Made by a program: the position numbers and the translations under genes. This document shows positions 31,400-41,796 of a DNA stretch of 64,000 nucleotides, piece after piece. The notes beneath the pieces were generated by a model. That model saw only the letters and a list, made by a program, of their open reading frames with translations. It made no database searches and was not told where the DNA came from. Numbering within the stretch: the stretch's first letter is position 1; every line of letters starts with the position of its first letter. The DNA comes from a virus (lineage: Duplodnaviria; Caudoviricetes), in the IMG/VR virus record IMGVR_UViG_3300042291_000844, positions 96,001 to 160,000 of that record; one strand, written 5' to 3'.

Positions 31400-31684
31400 T
31401 TATTTTATTTGTATATATTCTGAACGTTTATACTCTTTTTTTAGTTGGTAATCCAATTTCCAATTTTTAATAATTTCTTCTGCTTGAAATTTATTTTGAA
31501 ATGGATAATCACCCGATACCCATACTTTAAAAGGCAATGTACCCATACTTGTTCTGAACCACACTTTTTGTTGTGGTTGGTACATTCGGGTTCCGTTGAC
31601 AACAAAAGTTTCTATTCTATACTTTGGTTTTGCTTCTAATGTTACCACTCCCAATAACATTAGTACTATTAATAGTTTTTTCAT
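31400..31684 (-). CDS. secreted hypothetical protein
   Basis: MKKLLIVLMLLGVVTLEA signal peptide. Confidence 0.65.
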   Translation of the reverse strand: MKKLLIVLMLLGVVTLEAKPKYRIETFVVNGTRMYQPQQKVWFRTSMGTLPFKVWVSGDYPFQNKFQAEEIIKNWKLDYQLKKEYKRSEYIQIK

Positions 31685-31692
31685 ATCAAAAG

Positions 31693-31724
31693 CTAAGATA
31701 CGAAAAAAATCTTAGAATACCTAA
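31693..31724 (-). promoter_or_regulatory. Bacteroidota-type promoter (variant)
   Basis: TTAG-N20-TATCTTAG. Confidence 0.65.
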
Positions 31725-33110
31725 TTATTTTCTAAGATTTTCTAAACGAAGAATTTCATCTTTAATTTTCTGATTATATGGATTCCATTTTATATTATCC
31801 AATAACCACTTACGATAGTAGGGTGGAATGGATGCTACCGGTTTGTTTGAATACTTACCAAATGTCATATAAATCTTTTGTATCTCCCCCTCTTCATTTC
31901 GTTGTTCTGATAAATTGATACCACCCTCTAAATGGATTCCAATTTCATGCATTGGGATACCTGTAAGTTTCTTTTTATTTTCACCATACAATTCCCATAT
32001 ACCATCCTCATCTTCTTTATAGTAAAGAGATTCTACCTTACCGAACTTATCAACTGCTCCAACAAAATCCACAACTAAACAATTTTGTTTATTATCGTGA
32101 ATACGAGTTCCTCTCCCCACAAACTGATACCACCACGAAATTGATGCAGTAGGTCGACCTGTGATTAAACAATCTAATTCTGGATAATCAAATCCAACGG
32201 TCAATACATTCACCTGAACAATAACTCTAATTTTTTGATTACGAAATTCTTCAATGATTCGATTACGTTCTCCGGTTGGAGTTTCTCCATGTACTACTGC
32301 TGCAGATGGAATCTTTCCTGCTAATTGGGTTGCTTGTTCAATGGTTGGTACTGCAATTAATATTGATTTTCTATCTTGTAGTTCTCTAACTTTCTTTACA
32401 ATTTTATCTTGTAGGTTTTGATTCTCATATGCACGTGCAATGGAATCATTTGTATATTCAGCACCAGATGAATTATATACTAATGCTCCGGTATCAAAAT
32501 CATACGATTGATATTCTAATGGAGTCCAAAACCCCATCTTTACAATTTCTTCAATTTGAGAAACGTGAATGATATGTTTAAAAAATGTTCCGTGTTTAGA
32601 CCGATTCGTTAACATTACCAATTTAGAATATGGACCAGTCTCACCCATATTGGTTTGTAGTTTAAGTGGAGTTGCAGTTAAACCCAATACGTGAGTTGCC
32701 TTCATTCCATCTATAAACTTTCTTAGTTGACCATTCTTATCTCTTGGATATCTATCACACTCATCTATAATAACTTTGGTAATTCCTAATTCTCTGAACT
32801 TCCAAGCAATGTTTATGATAGAACCGATTGTTGCATAAGTAATATCACCAATCTCTTTCTCACCCATTGATGCAGAATAGATTGATGCCTTACCACCTAA
32901 GTTAATAAGTTTATTGTAGTTTTGTTCTAATAATTCTTTTGAAGGTTGAATAACCAATACCTTTTCGTTAATACCCTTTGCGATATAGGCAATAACAATT
33001 GACTTACCGAATGCAGTAGGTGCAACGATAATTGATGGTGCCATTTTTGGTGTATTAAAAAACTCAATACCAATAGCAACTGGTTCTAACTGATAATCTC
33101 TTAATTTCAT
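31725..33110 (-). CDS. superfamily 2 DExD helicase (UvsW/RadD-like)
   Basis: APTAFGKS, IIDECD, LTATP, LTVGFDYP, QFVGRGTR. Confidence 0.95.
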   Translation of the reverse strand: MKLRDYQLEPVAIGIEFFNTPKMAPSIIVAPTAFGKSIVIAYIAKGINEKVLVIQPSKELLEQNYNKLINLGGKASIYSASMGEKEIGDITYATIGSIINIAWKFRELGITKVIIDECDRYPRDKNGQLRKFIDGMKATHVLGLTATPLKLQTNMGETGPYSKLVMLTNRSKHGTFFKHIIHVSQIEEIVKMGFWTPLEYQSYDFDTGALVYNSSGAEYTNDSIARAYENQNLQDKIVKKVRELQDRKSILIAVPTIEQATQLAGKIPSAAVVHGETPTGERNRIIEEFRNQKIRVIVQVNVLTVGFDYPELDCLITGRPTASISWWYQFVGRGTRIHDNKQNCLVVDFVGAVDKFGKVESLYYKEDEDGIWELYGENKKKLTGIPMHEIGIHLEGGINLSEQRNEEGEIQKIYMTFGKYSNKPVASIPPYYRKWLLDNIKWNPYNQKIKDEILRLENLRK

Positions 33111-33230
33111 CTAAAAAAATAATTCAGTCAAAATTATACCCAATAGAGTAAGGATTCCTCCAACTACTGCTATTGATGTGAAATTTTCTGAATCTTCAAC
33201 CTGTTGTTTTGTTTTTCCTTGATTTTCCAT
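33111..33230 (-). CDS. 39-aa membrane peptide (MENQGKTKQQVEDSENFTSIAVVGGILTLLGIILTELFF)
   Basis: Translated by hand; exactly fills uvsE-helicase gap. Confidence 0.6.
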   Translation of the reverse strand: MENQGKTKQQVEDSENFTSIAVVGGILTLLGIILTELFF

Positions 33231-33231
33231 A

Positions 33232-34125
33232 TTATTTTATAAAAGGTAATATTGCTAATTCTTTTGCTTTGGCCTCAACCATAATATCTACATTGTTACC
33301 ATATGTGTTAGGTAATGAATTAATATAAAGTGAATGGGCTTGTGGTTTTTCTTTTGGGTTATTTTCGTGTAATGCTTTTGATTCTGAGTAATGTACTACC
33401 GGGGTAATATCCTTTGGCCAAGTTGTGATTGCTAACTCTAACGCTTGTTGTTCTGATAAATCACCAGTACAAAATTGGTGGTGGTGATAATCAAAAACAA
33501 TAGGAATACCGATTGCATTATGGACATACATAAGGTCTTTAACCGAATACATAGATGTCTTGTCATCATTCTCAATTGTTAACCGCTTACGAACCGATGG
33601 GGAGAGTCTTTTGAAGTTAGTGATAAATCTATCTAATGCAGATTTTTTATCTCCGTAAACACCATTACAATGGATATTAATCTTATTATAAGGAGTTTTA
33701 GATAATCCCATCATATCGAATATCTTACCATGCAATTCTAAATCAGCAAGTGTTTTTAATACAACTGATTCGTTGGGTGAAACCAATACGTTGAATGGAC
33801 CAGGATGTGATGTAATACGCATATTATGGAATTTAGCAAAAAGACCAGCTTTTTTTAATTCCCACTTAATCTCTTTGTAATCTTTTAATTGAGTGATATC
33901 AATATGGTCGCCCCACGGGATAAGAGCAGATGATAAACGAAATAATTTAATTCCGTTCATTCTATTCCATTCTAAAATCTTAATAATATCTTTGGAGTTA
34001 AGTAGAGCTAGTTCGGAAACATAATCCATACCTTTGGCTTGGAATGTCCGGTTAACCATACTTCGGTTAGTGGTTACTTTCTTACCCATACTCATATTAA
34101 TACAAGCATATCCTAAATTCATCAT
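33232..34125 (-). CDS. uvsE: UV-damage endonuclease
   Basis: LGYACIN, FRLSS, HPGPF, IENDD, FDYHH, HYSE, EAKAKE. Confidence 0.95.
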   Translation of the reverse strand: MMNLGYACINMSMGKKVTTNRSMVNRTFQAKGMDYVSELALLNSKDIIKILEWNRMNGIKLFRLSSALIPWGDHIDITQLKDYKEIKWELKKAGLFAKFHNMRITSHPGPFNVLVSPNESVVLKTLADLELHGKIFDMMGLSKTPYNKINIHCNGVYGDKKSALDRFITNFKRLSPSVRKRLTIENDDKTSMYSVKDLMYVHNAIGIPIVFDYHHHQFCTGDLSEQQALELAITTWPKDITPVVHYSESKALHENNPKEKPQAHSLYINSLPNTYGNNVDIMVEAKAKELAILPFIK

Positions 34126-34147
34126 TCTAATACAATTTGTTGTTATA

Positions 34148-34179
34148 CAAATATACGAAATATATCTGATAATACCAAA
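34148..34179 (-). promoter_or_regulatory. Bacteroidota housekeeping-sigma promoter
   Basis: TTTG-N20-TATATTTG. Confidence 0.85.
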
Positions 34180-34578
34180 TTATTTATCATATAATTTATT
34201 TATTATATGGGTTGAGCTGAAGCCTTCCATCTTAGGGAAATATACGATTTCACCTACATATTCACTTCCTACAATTCGTTTACTCCTATATTCTTCTCCA
34301 ATAACCATAATGGCCGGTCTCATTGTTTTAAGGTGGGTTTCTAATTGTTCATCGGAATCAAATATTACAACTCTATCAACATATTTAATAGCTTCTAATA
34401 AGGTGATTCTACTTACAATATTATTTATAGGTCGTTGTTCTCCTTTTAATTCAGTAACCCTCTTATCACCATCAACCCCAACAACTAGGAAATCACCTAA
34501 TTCAGCTGCCCTCTTTAATAGTTGAATATGTCCTAAATGAACAATATCAAACGTACCATTTACCCAAACTTTTATCAT
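34180..34578 (-). CDS. nucleotidyltransferase, RfaE domain II / TagD-like cytidylyltransferase
   Basis: GTFDIVHLGH, KG..RPIN, GFSST. Confidence 0.9.
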   Translation of the reverse strand: MIKVWVNGTFDIVHLGHIQLLKRAAELGDFLVVGVDGDKRVTELKGEQRPINNIVSRITLLEAIKYVDRVVIFDSDEQLETHLKTMRPAIMVIGEEYRSKRIVGSEYVGEIVYFPKMEGFSSTHIINKLYDK

Positions 34579-34949
34579 AACAAATCATTTGGTGTTTTTC
34601 TATAAATTCGATATGAATCCGAATCAAAGTGTTCCGTACTTACCTCATATACAACTCCCTTTTCTTGTAAGGAAGTAAGTTGGTGAGGTGTTCCCTTTTC
34701 AATATAAACTGAATCACCTTCATTTAGGATTTCTTTTTTTATTATACCGATTTTGGTATCAATCCATTGGAACTCAAATCTTCCGTCTTGAATATACCAC
34801 GATTCGTTTTTAAGCATATGATAGTGCATTGAAAACTTATCACCCTTTTCTGCAAACACTAAGAGTTTGCCACAATATTGTGCATCGTTATGAACCCATA
34901 GTTCGTATCCCCACGACTTTTGTACTTTTGTTGGTCTTGTTATTATCAT
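34575..34949 (-). CDS. cupin, sugar-isomerase-like (start moved to MIITRPT)
   Basis: K.WGYE.W, SMHYH..K.ESW, H; ATGA overlap with iscA stop. Confidence 0.8.
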   Translation of the reverse strand: MIITRPTKVQKSWGYELWVHNDAQYCGKLLVFAEKGDKFSMHYHMLKNESWYIQDGRFEFQWIDTKIGIIKKEILNEGDSVYIEKGTPHQLTSLQEKGVVYEVSTEHFDSDSYRIYRKTPNDLL

Positions 34950-35269
34950 ACTGCGAAAGATTCTCCACATCCACATGTACGGGATGCATTTGGGTTTATA
35001 AATTCAAATCCCTTACCATTCAATCCATCTGAGAAATTTAATTCTGTTCCGAAAAGATATAATAATGATTTGTTGTCTACTAAAATTTTTACTCCTTTAT
35101 CTTCGGCCAGAGTATCACCTGTGTGTTGGTCGGTATCAAATGAAAGGTCATATGCTAATCCACTACATCCACCCCCCTTAACGGATACTCTGACGTAGGG
35201 AGTTTTAAATCCACTTTCTTCAATAAGTGAACTTAGTTTCTTAGCTGCTGTTTCTGATACTGTTACCAT
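34946..35269 (-). CDS. iscA: A-type Fe-S cluster carrier (HesB/IscA)
   Basis: GGGCSGL.Y and TCGCGESF. Confidence 0.95.
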   Translation of the reverse strand: MVTVSETAAKKLSSLIEESGFKTPYVRVSVKGGGCSGLAYDLSFDTDQHTGDTLAEDKGVKILVDNKSLLYLFGTELNFSDGLNGKGFEFINPNASRTCGCGESFAV

Positions 35270-35271
35270 TG

Positions 35272-36474
35272 TTAATAAGTTTTAGTTTCGAAATCAGTTG
35301 GATATTGAGATGGTTTTATATATTTAATCCAATAGTTAACTGCGTTTTGGTCATTTATCCATTTTGATTTATCAACCCAATCAAACCCAATTACTGCGTA
35401 GTAAGGTTTATAATCTCTAATTATTTGTGCTCTATTTGGATGGGCAACGACTTCATCTATCAACCCATCTCCATCCGTATCATATCCATCTACTTTACCA
35501 TCACCATCGTAATCAATTGGTCTCTTTGAATAATCAGGTTGTAAATTAGATAATTCATCATTAGAGTTATCTACCAATGGATTATCAAATGGTGGTTCAT
35601 ATAATCCTGTTTGTTGATTATTTTCCACCATATCACCTAAAATATCTTCCTTTGTAGAATTTTTTCCACTATCTTTGTATATTTTATAATTTTTTTCTAC
35701 TAAGGGTTCTTTCTCGCCATACATATTTTTCTTACCAATCAATCCGTTGAATGCAATGATAAGTGCAACTGCAAGTGGGTCAAACACAAATACTATAATG
35801 AATATAAAAAATTTAACAACGGAGTTAAGTGGTACGTTAAACGCTTCTGCCACAAAACGAAATCCACCAACTTCTTTTTCTAATTCAATATTATTGTTTT
35901 TAATAACATTTATAGAATCTAACGCTGCGTTATTTTTTATAGTTAATTCATCAATTCGTTTTGATATAGAAGTAATTTCTTTATCTGCAGAACGAATCAT
36001 CTGAGATACTCTAGATGTAGATGTGTTCTTATCAATTTGTTTAGATAAGTTACTTTCTTGTGAATTACGGATATTTTGTTGATTAGTTAATTGAGTGGTG
36101 TATCGTAATATCTCCCCATCATTCTTAGTGATTTGAGTTTGATAGACCGCAATATCCCTGTCTACTTTTTGTAATCCTAAATTTTGTTGTTGGAAAGCAT
36201 TAGAAAGATATCCAAAAATACCGGCAGAGGTAATCAACATAAGTATACCTACGGCACTTGTTAGATACCATTTATTAAACCCACTAATATCTTCCCACTT
36301 TTGTTTTAGATAAGTAGCAGCAACCAATTTAGCAAATTCTAATGAACCCGCCATTACCATTACTGCCGTTGATGCTCCAGCAAATAAAACACCCAATCCC
36401 GTTACTGAAAAGTACGCAGCACATCCAGCAACGATTACTGCTGATAATCCGACTAAATACTTTAACCAATTCAT
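35272..36474 (-). CDS. membrane protein with long coiled coil and acidic tail
   Basis: Three N-terminal TM helices, coiled coil, VFDPLAV TM, DxDGDG repeats. Confidence 0.65.
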   Translation of the reverse strand: MNWLKYLVGLSAVIVAGCAAYFSVTGLGVLFAGASTAVMVMAGSLEFAKLVAATYLKQKWEDISGFNKWYLTSAVGILMLITSAGIFGYLSNAFQQQNLGLQKVDRDIAVYQTQITKNDGEILRYTTQLTNQQNIRNSQESNLSKQIDKNTSTSRVSQMIRSADKEITSISKRIDELTIKNNAALDSINVIKNNNIELEKEVGGFRFVAEAFNVPLNSVVKFFIFIIVFVFDPLAVALIIAFNGLIGKKNMYGEKEPLVEKNYKIYKDSGKNSTKEDILGDMVENNQQTGLYEPPFDNPLVDNSNDELSNLQPDYSKRPIDYDGDGKVDGYDTDGDGLIDEVVAHPNRAQIIRDYKPYYAVIGFDWVDKSKWINDQNAVNYWIKYIKPSQYPTDFETKTY

Positions 36475-36475
36475 T

Positions 36476-36655
36476 TTACGATAAATCTACGATGTTTGTT
36501 GTTAGTTCTACTAATTTTTCAATTTCATTTGATAACTTAACGGCTTCTGCTTGATTAGCAGGGCGTTCACCCTTTAACATTTCTGCGATAACTTTAGCTC
36601 TTTTAGTAATTGCTTCTAAATTTTCTTGAGCTCTCATTTTGTATTCTGGTTTCAT
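36476..36655 (-). CDS. 59-aa helical hypothetical protein
   Basis: Translated by hand (MKPEYKMRAQENLEAITKRAK...); follows TATTTATA at 36678. Confidence 0.65.
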   Translation of the reverse strand: MKPEYKMRAQENLEAITKRAKVIAEMLKGERPANQAEAVKLSNEIEKLVELTTNIVDLS

Positions 36656-36737
36656 AATTTGTATTTAAATGTACACCTATAAATATGTCGGATATAAAAA
36701 AGAGGTAATTTTATATATTTATATATTACTAAATTGG

Positions 36738-37382
36738 TTATATTAGGGATTTTGAAAATGGAATGGTATTACTTTCATTTTTAATAAATTCTGAGTAGGG
36801 TTTCCAATCTATTCCCCTTTGAATGTATTGTAACTCTGCATTACATCTACTTTCAATATCAACATTACTTATATCTATTGTTTTAGAATAGTGTCCGGTC
36901 ATCCACCAAAAATTACCAGAGTACATTATATTTGTAGGATTACTTACTGTTTCTAATAAAACACCATAGGTATTAAACGTATTGCTATTTAAAACATTAA
37001 ATACATTATCAATATACTGAATATTGTATAATTGCATCACATTTCTCCATCGGATGGATTCGGAATCCATTTGTTTGGTTACTCCCTTTGTGTGTAGGTA
37101 AAAAATATAATCATTATTATTAAATGATTGTTTATCTTTTTCTATTAAATTTAATGTTACAAATTCATTACCCATTAATTTAATATCACCAATTATAATT
37201 TTTGAATCATATTCATAAATTAATTTGATTATATCATCTACTGAATTATTATTTTCTGATATTGAGATACCAATAGTTAATGAGTATGGTTGATTAATAT
37301 ATTTTTTTATTAATGCAAGTTGTTCATGTATTATAGATTCAACCCCCTCTATTGCATAGATGTGATAATATATCCGTATCAT
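36738..37382 (-). CDS. putative glycosyltransferase-like protein
   Basis: RIYYHI, E..TL, FYLHTKG, YSGNFWW motifs; ends KSLI. Confidence 0.55.
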   Translation of the reverse strand: MIRIYYHIYAIEGVESIIHEQLALIKKYINQPYSLTIGISISENNNSVDDIIKLIYEYDSKIIIGDIKLMGNEFVTLNLIEKDKQSFNNNDYIFYLHTKGVTKQMDSESIRWRNVMQLYNIQYIDNVFNVLNSNTFNTYGVLLETVSNPTNIMYSGNFWWMTGHYSKTIDISNVDIESRCNAELQYIQRGIDWKPYSEFIKNESNTIPFSKSLI

Positions 37383-38425
37383 ATTAAATTCGTATGGGTA
37401 GTATCAATAAATTCGTATAGGTTATGAAATAGATTTGTATTTCTACCTATCTTATTAAATTCTTTTTTAAATAATTCATGTTCTGGGTGATTAGAATCCC
37501 AAACTTGTTTTAATTTAAATTCCGCTTCAGAAAATGTTCCCCAATTAGTTATTTTACCAAAAAAAACATTTACCTTTTTGCCAAAAATAGAATACATTAT
37601 ATTATAAAAGGTTTCCATTTCCATATAGTTACTATCTTGAACAACAAACGAAGTTTTTACCCATTGTAGTGTTTTTATTGTAGAAATAAAATTTAAATTA
37701 TTTATTAAGGTATCCCATTTACCACCCAATCTTGTTTTGTTTTCATATGTATCACGTGTTCCCGCATCTATTGATATTTCGCAACTTGTTACATACTTAT
37801 GAACATTTGGCATACTATCCCACATTTCCTTTGTCCACATTGAGGCATTAGTATGTAAATGTATTCTTGTTAGTTTTGGATATTTTTTTGGATTAAAATT
37901 TTTTAAATAATTTCTAAACCCAACCGAAACGAATGGGTCACCCGTACCTGTAATATATAAAGTTTTTACGTTTGCTGAATAATGGGTATCAATTTCATCT
38001 ATTGTTTTTTCAATTCGTTCTATGCCTTTACTACTTTCAACAATTAAATCTACCCTACACGATGGACATTTATAATTACAAGTCCTATCAAAATTCATTA
38101 AAATTCTGGTCGGTGTAGTCGGTTCAACAATTGGAGTTGTATACTTTGAATTTGATTTTAATGTAATTGGACCGGATACATCTCCATATTTTAATAATCT
38201 ACTTAAATATGGACACAATTCTTTGTTACAATATTTAAACGAACCATCTAAAATAGAATTTCTAATATCTAAAATAGGTTCACTATTAAAAGCATCTTTT
38301 AATGGAATTTCATTAAGTTTAATTTCGTTTGGTAACCACGATGGACAACAAACAAAACCAACATTATTATGTATTTCTAATGATGTAAACGGAACACTAC
38401 AACTATATTGTTTTAAATCTATCAC
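37379..38425 (-). CDS. radical SAM protein with N-terminal auxiliary Cys cluster
   Basis: C..PF...CC; CNYKCPSC; GDPF; ends TNLI; GTG start. Confidence 0.9.
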   Translation of the reverse strand: MIDLKQYSCSVPFTSLEIHNNVGFVCCPSWLPNEIKLNEIPLKDAFNSEPILDIRNSILDGSFKYCNKELCPYLSRLLKYGDVSGPITLKSNSKYTTPIVEPTTPTRILMNFDRTCNYKCPSCRVDLIVESSKGIERIEKTIDEIDTHYSANVKTLYITGTGDPFVSVGFRNYLKNFNPKKYPKLTRIHLHTNASMWTKEMWDSMPNVHKYVTSCEISIDAGTRDTYENKTRLGGKWDTLINNLNFISTIKTLQWVKTSFVVQDSNYMEMETFYNIMYSIFGKKVNVFFGKITNWGTFSEAEFKLKQVWDSNHPEHELFKKEFNKIGRNTNLFHNLYEFIDTTHTNLI

Positions 38426-39078
38426 TATATCAATCCATTTATTTTTTTATCTAATCTTACTTTTTTGTAAGGCGAATTAATCCATTCATCAATACAAAAT
38501 TGATTATATTTTATCTTACAATATTCATTTAAACGTTTTATCGTTTCAATATCTTTATCAACAAATATATCTTCATAATAAAATAATGGGTATCCTTTAT
38601 TCGAGATAGATTTCAGAATCAGAGATTGGGATTCTAAATGACTAGTTAATCCTACTATATGATGTTCATCTAATTCATTTAAATCATAATACTTAGGTTT
38701 ATGCCAGTATGGAGAAACTGTTCTATTTTTTGATAATCTAATATGATAAACCAACGATTCGGCTTGTAATCGTTTATCCTTTCTTTCTAATACTATTATT
38801 TTATCAAAAAAAGAATAGAACCAATCCCAATATTCTTCTACATTTTTAAAAGATTCATATGGATAATTATCACTATCTATAAATGTTTTTAATAATACAT
38901 TTTTTTTATTTGTTATAGTATCATATGTTTTTAGTTTGTCGTCTCTATCCGGATTTATAAAATTAAATGGTTCAAAAAAAGTATTATATTTTTTGTGTTC
39001 TTTAGTTAAACAACAATTTAAATAATAAAATATTGAGGTGGAGCCACTCCTACCATTACACACAATTGCAATCCTCAT
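38425..39078 (-). CDS. sulfotransferase-like (Stf0/P-loop)
   Basis: GRSGSTS PAPS-binding loop; L.R.D...Q..S; YED; ends NGLI. Confidence 0.75.
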   Translation of the reverse strand: MRIAIVCNGRSGSTSIFYYLNCCLTKEHKKYNTFFEPFNFINPDRDDKLKTYDTITNKKNVLLKTFIDSDNYPYESFKNVEEYWDWFYSFFDKIIVLERKDKRLQAESLVYHIRLSKNRTVSPYWHKPKYYDLNELDEHHIVGLTSHLESQSLILKSISNKGYPLFYYEDIFVDKDIETIKRLNEYCKIKYNQFCIDEWINSPYKKVRLDKKINGLI

Positions 39079-39593
39079 ATAATATTAAATTTTGACTGTT
39101 TTTTTGAAAACCATATAACTAAAACATCTCTCTTACCTGATGTTACTTTTTTAATTTCATGTATATCTTTTCCACCATTAAATACAACATAATCTCCTTC
39201 ATTTTTTAACGATACGCTTTCATCATTTATATACATTTCGCCACCTGTAAAATCGGATGACAATAAAATACTGACGGTCTTGTGTGTTGTAAATCTATCT
39301 TTATGTTTTTTAGCATAACCATTTTCACCATATATTAATCTATGCATTATGTATAAATTATCAATAGGTTCTTCAAATTTATTACAAATAAATTTATTTA
39401 AATTTTTATTTTCTAAAGTATAAACCCAACTATTATCTGGAAAAAGAGAGACACCATCATCTTTTTTAAGATGTGTGGCAAAATATAATTGAGGATGGGA
39501 TGCTTTTATATATGCTAAATCATCTTCATTCATTATTCGGGTAGTATCTAATTCAGATTTTAAAAAACCTAAATCATCGATTGATAGTTTCAT
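39075..39593 (-). CDS. 2OG-Fe(II) oxygenase
   Basis: H.D (KHKD), GGE, HE+..V..G.R; ends FNII. Confidence 0.85.
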   Translation of the reverse strand: MKLSIDDLGFLKSELDTTRIMNEDDLAYIKASHPQLYFATHLKKDDGVSLFPDNSWVYTLENKNLNKFICNKFEEPIDNLYIMHRLIYGENGYAKKHKDRFTTHKTVSILLSSDFTGGEMYINDESVSLKNEGDYVVFNGGKDIHEIKKVTSGKRDVLVIWFSKKQSKFNII

Positions 39594-40222
39594 ATGATTT
39601 TATTTATTTTATTCTTAAATTCTACAATTGGTTCATCTACATTTAAAAATTTATGTAATTTAATATAAAAATCATAACAACCTCGTGCACCAGGATGCCA
39701 ATCTATTACATCGCCACCTTCATCTGCAATAGAAGTTACTTTTATTAATTCTACAAACTTTTTTGTTTTTTCATAAAAATCATCGTTCCAGGTCACAAAA
39801 ATTGGTTCATATTTTTTATAAAAATATTTTAATTTTTTAATAAATAATATTTCAGAATCCCTATCCCCATTATACCAATGTTCAGTTTCTTTGACCCTTA
39901 GTTCTAATAGTTTTTTAGCAAACGATTTATCACTATACCATTCCCAATTTAAATATTTTAAGTTGTGATTTGTATCTCTTTCCCCAAAATATCTTCGTGG
40001 GAATCTACCGGGTGCAGTAAAGACTATAACTAATCTATCACCTTCTACATAATTTGGTATATTTCCAGTTTGATATAATATAGAATTATTATCAGACCCA
40101 AATTTTCCCAATTTAATAATATTATAATGATTAGATAAATAGTCTGTCCAGTGTGTTTCTGGTAAATCCCAATCTACAAAACTATCACCACAAATGTATA
40201 TGTTATTTTTTTTGGTTAACAT
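39590..40222 (-). CDS. SGNH/GDSL-like hydrolase or acyltransferase
   Basis: GDSF block I, N, DWHP block V; ends NKII. Confidence 0.7.
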   Translation of the reverse strand: MLTKKNNIYICGDSFVDWDLPETHWTDYLSNHYNIIKLGKFGSDNNSILYQTGNIPNYVEGDRLVIVFTAPGRFPRRYFGERDTNHNLKYLNWEWYSDKSFAKKLLELRVKETEHWYNGDRDSEILFIKKLKYFYKKYEPIFVTWNDDFYEKTKKFVELIKVTSIADEGGDVIDWHPGARGCYDFYIKLHKFLNVDEPIVEFKNKINKII

Positions 40223-40788
40223 TATATAATAGTTTTATTTGATTTTAATTTAGGATAATCAAAATCAGTTTCTGTCATCCAAATATTTAATGCGTACCTT
40301 ATCCCGTTGGTTACCGGTAAAACCCCATGGTATGTATCAGACCCATTAAATGAAATACTATCACCTAATTTTAAATCACACAATGTCAGACCAGTTAGTG
40401 TTTCAAAATCATAAGGAGGATTCACATCTTCAGTTAAAGCAAATTGTCCACCGATAAAATTATCAGAAAGAACAATTACTGTAGTTAATTCGCTTGATTT
40501 ATCCTTATGTAGATTAAGATATCTACCATCATAATATGAAGTTAGACTGATATTAAAATTCTTTAAATTAAATGATAGGTAATCAAACCATAATTTAAAG
40601 TTTCCGTTTTTATAATTATCGGTTAATAAATTAATTATTCTTTTTTTAAATTCTTCATCATACATTCTTCTACAATCCCAATGTTCGGTTGAACTATATG
40701 AAAAGGGTTCACCAAATTTAAGACAAAAATTAATTATATCGTTGGCGGTTTCTCTATTACAAAAATTATTATTTATGGTATAATTCAT
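40222..40788 (-). CDS. 2OG-Fe(II) oxygenase
   Basis: LHKD, GGQF, HGV.PV..G.RY; ends KTII. Confidence 0.85.
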   Translation of the reverse strand: MNYTINNNFCNRETANDIINFCLKFGEPFSYSSTEHWDCRRMYDEEFKKRIINLLTDNYKNGNFKLWFDYLSFNLKNFNISLTSYYDGRYLNLHKDKSSELTTVIVLSDNFIGGQFALTEDVNPPYDFETLTGLTLCDLKLGDSISFNGSDTYHGVLPVTNGIRYALNIWMTETDFDYPKLKSNKTII

Positions 40789-41606
40789 AATAGATGTGAT
40801 TTTTTTGGTTTATTATATACTAATAAATTGCCGTTATTTATAAATTTATATAATTCATCGGCAATTAATTTATATCCATTATTGCTTGGATGTTTACCTG
40901 CTGTAGTACTTATCCAATTATTACCATCCTCCCATACATCTTTTCTATTAGTATCAATTAATAAGTTTGCCATTGTTTTATTTTGATAACCCCAATATTT
41001 ATCACTCTCTATTAAATCGGTTTTATCAACTAACTTATGGATATTTCTATTAATCATTATATCAAACGCGTCACAAAAAAGATATCTGATTCCTAATTCT
41101 TTAAATATAAATTGAAGATGTAAAATATAGTTTTGATTCACTATATCATAGTAAGTATCATTGAATAAATTACCTATGTAATAATCTCTAAAATTTTTCT
41201 CCGCCCTATTATAGTTTATATTATCACTATTAACTCCATCAAAAATATATTTTAAAAGGTGTTCTTTACTTTTATATCGTTTGCCCCAAATAAAAAAATC
41301 ATCTTCAGTAGGGAAAAAAGGTAATGAATCCCGTAAAGATGATGACCACATAATAACAACAAAATCATCTTGAGTGATGATTTCGTTTTTTAATTGATAC
41401 GATACTGCGTTAAATATTGCATTATTTGAAAATGCCCCAACTCCATTATTTTTAACTTCACATTTTAATAGTTCTGATAAGTGTTTAGGCCAACAATATT
41501 TTTGTCTTATTAGTGTTCTTTGTTCAAAATCATCCGTACTATATTCATCTTCAACATTTCCACCAACCCCCTCAGTCCAACTATCTCCAAATGTAAACAA
41601 TTTCAT
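40785..41606 (-). CDS. SGNH/GDSL-like hydrolase or acyltransferase
   Basis: GDSWTEG, SN..I, HPS..GY..IA; ends SHLL. Confidence 0.75.
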   Translation of the reverse strand: MKLFTFGDSWTEGVGGNVEDEYSTDDFEQRTLIRQKYCWPKHLSELLKCEVKNNGVGAFSNNAIFNAVSYQLKNEIITQDDFVVIMWSSSLRDSLPFFPTEDDFFIWGKRYKSKEHLLKYIFDGVNSDNINYNRAEKNFRDYYIGNLFNDTYYDIVNQNYILHLQFIFKELGIRYLFCDAFDIMINRNIHKLVDKTDLIESDKYWGYQNKTMANLLIDTNRKDVWEDGNNWISTTAGKHPSNNGYKLIADELYKFINNGNLLVYNKPKKSHLL

Positions 41607-41617
41607 AATGCATAATA

Positions 41618-41761
41618 TTAAAGATGTGTTTCTTTAATTTTAGCTACAAGTTCTTGAAATGCAGTTGATATTTTTGTTTTTACAACGGTCGATAATGGAG
41701 CAATAACTGTCTTAATAACTGTTAATGGTCTTTCTTCTCTAATTTTTGGTGTCTTTGCCAT
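41618..41761 (-). CDS. 47-aa basic peptide (MAKTPKIREERPLTVIKTVIAPLSTVVKTKISTAFQELVAKIKETHL)
   Basis: Translated by hand; directly downstream of the ATP-grasp-Hint gene. Confidence 0.6.
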   Translation of the reverse strand: MAKTPKIREERPLTVIKTVIAPLSTVVKTKISTAFQELVAKIKETHL

Positions 41762-41796
41762 AATATTTTTTTATTTTAATTTAAATTATATACTAA

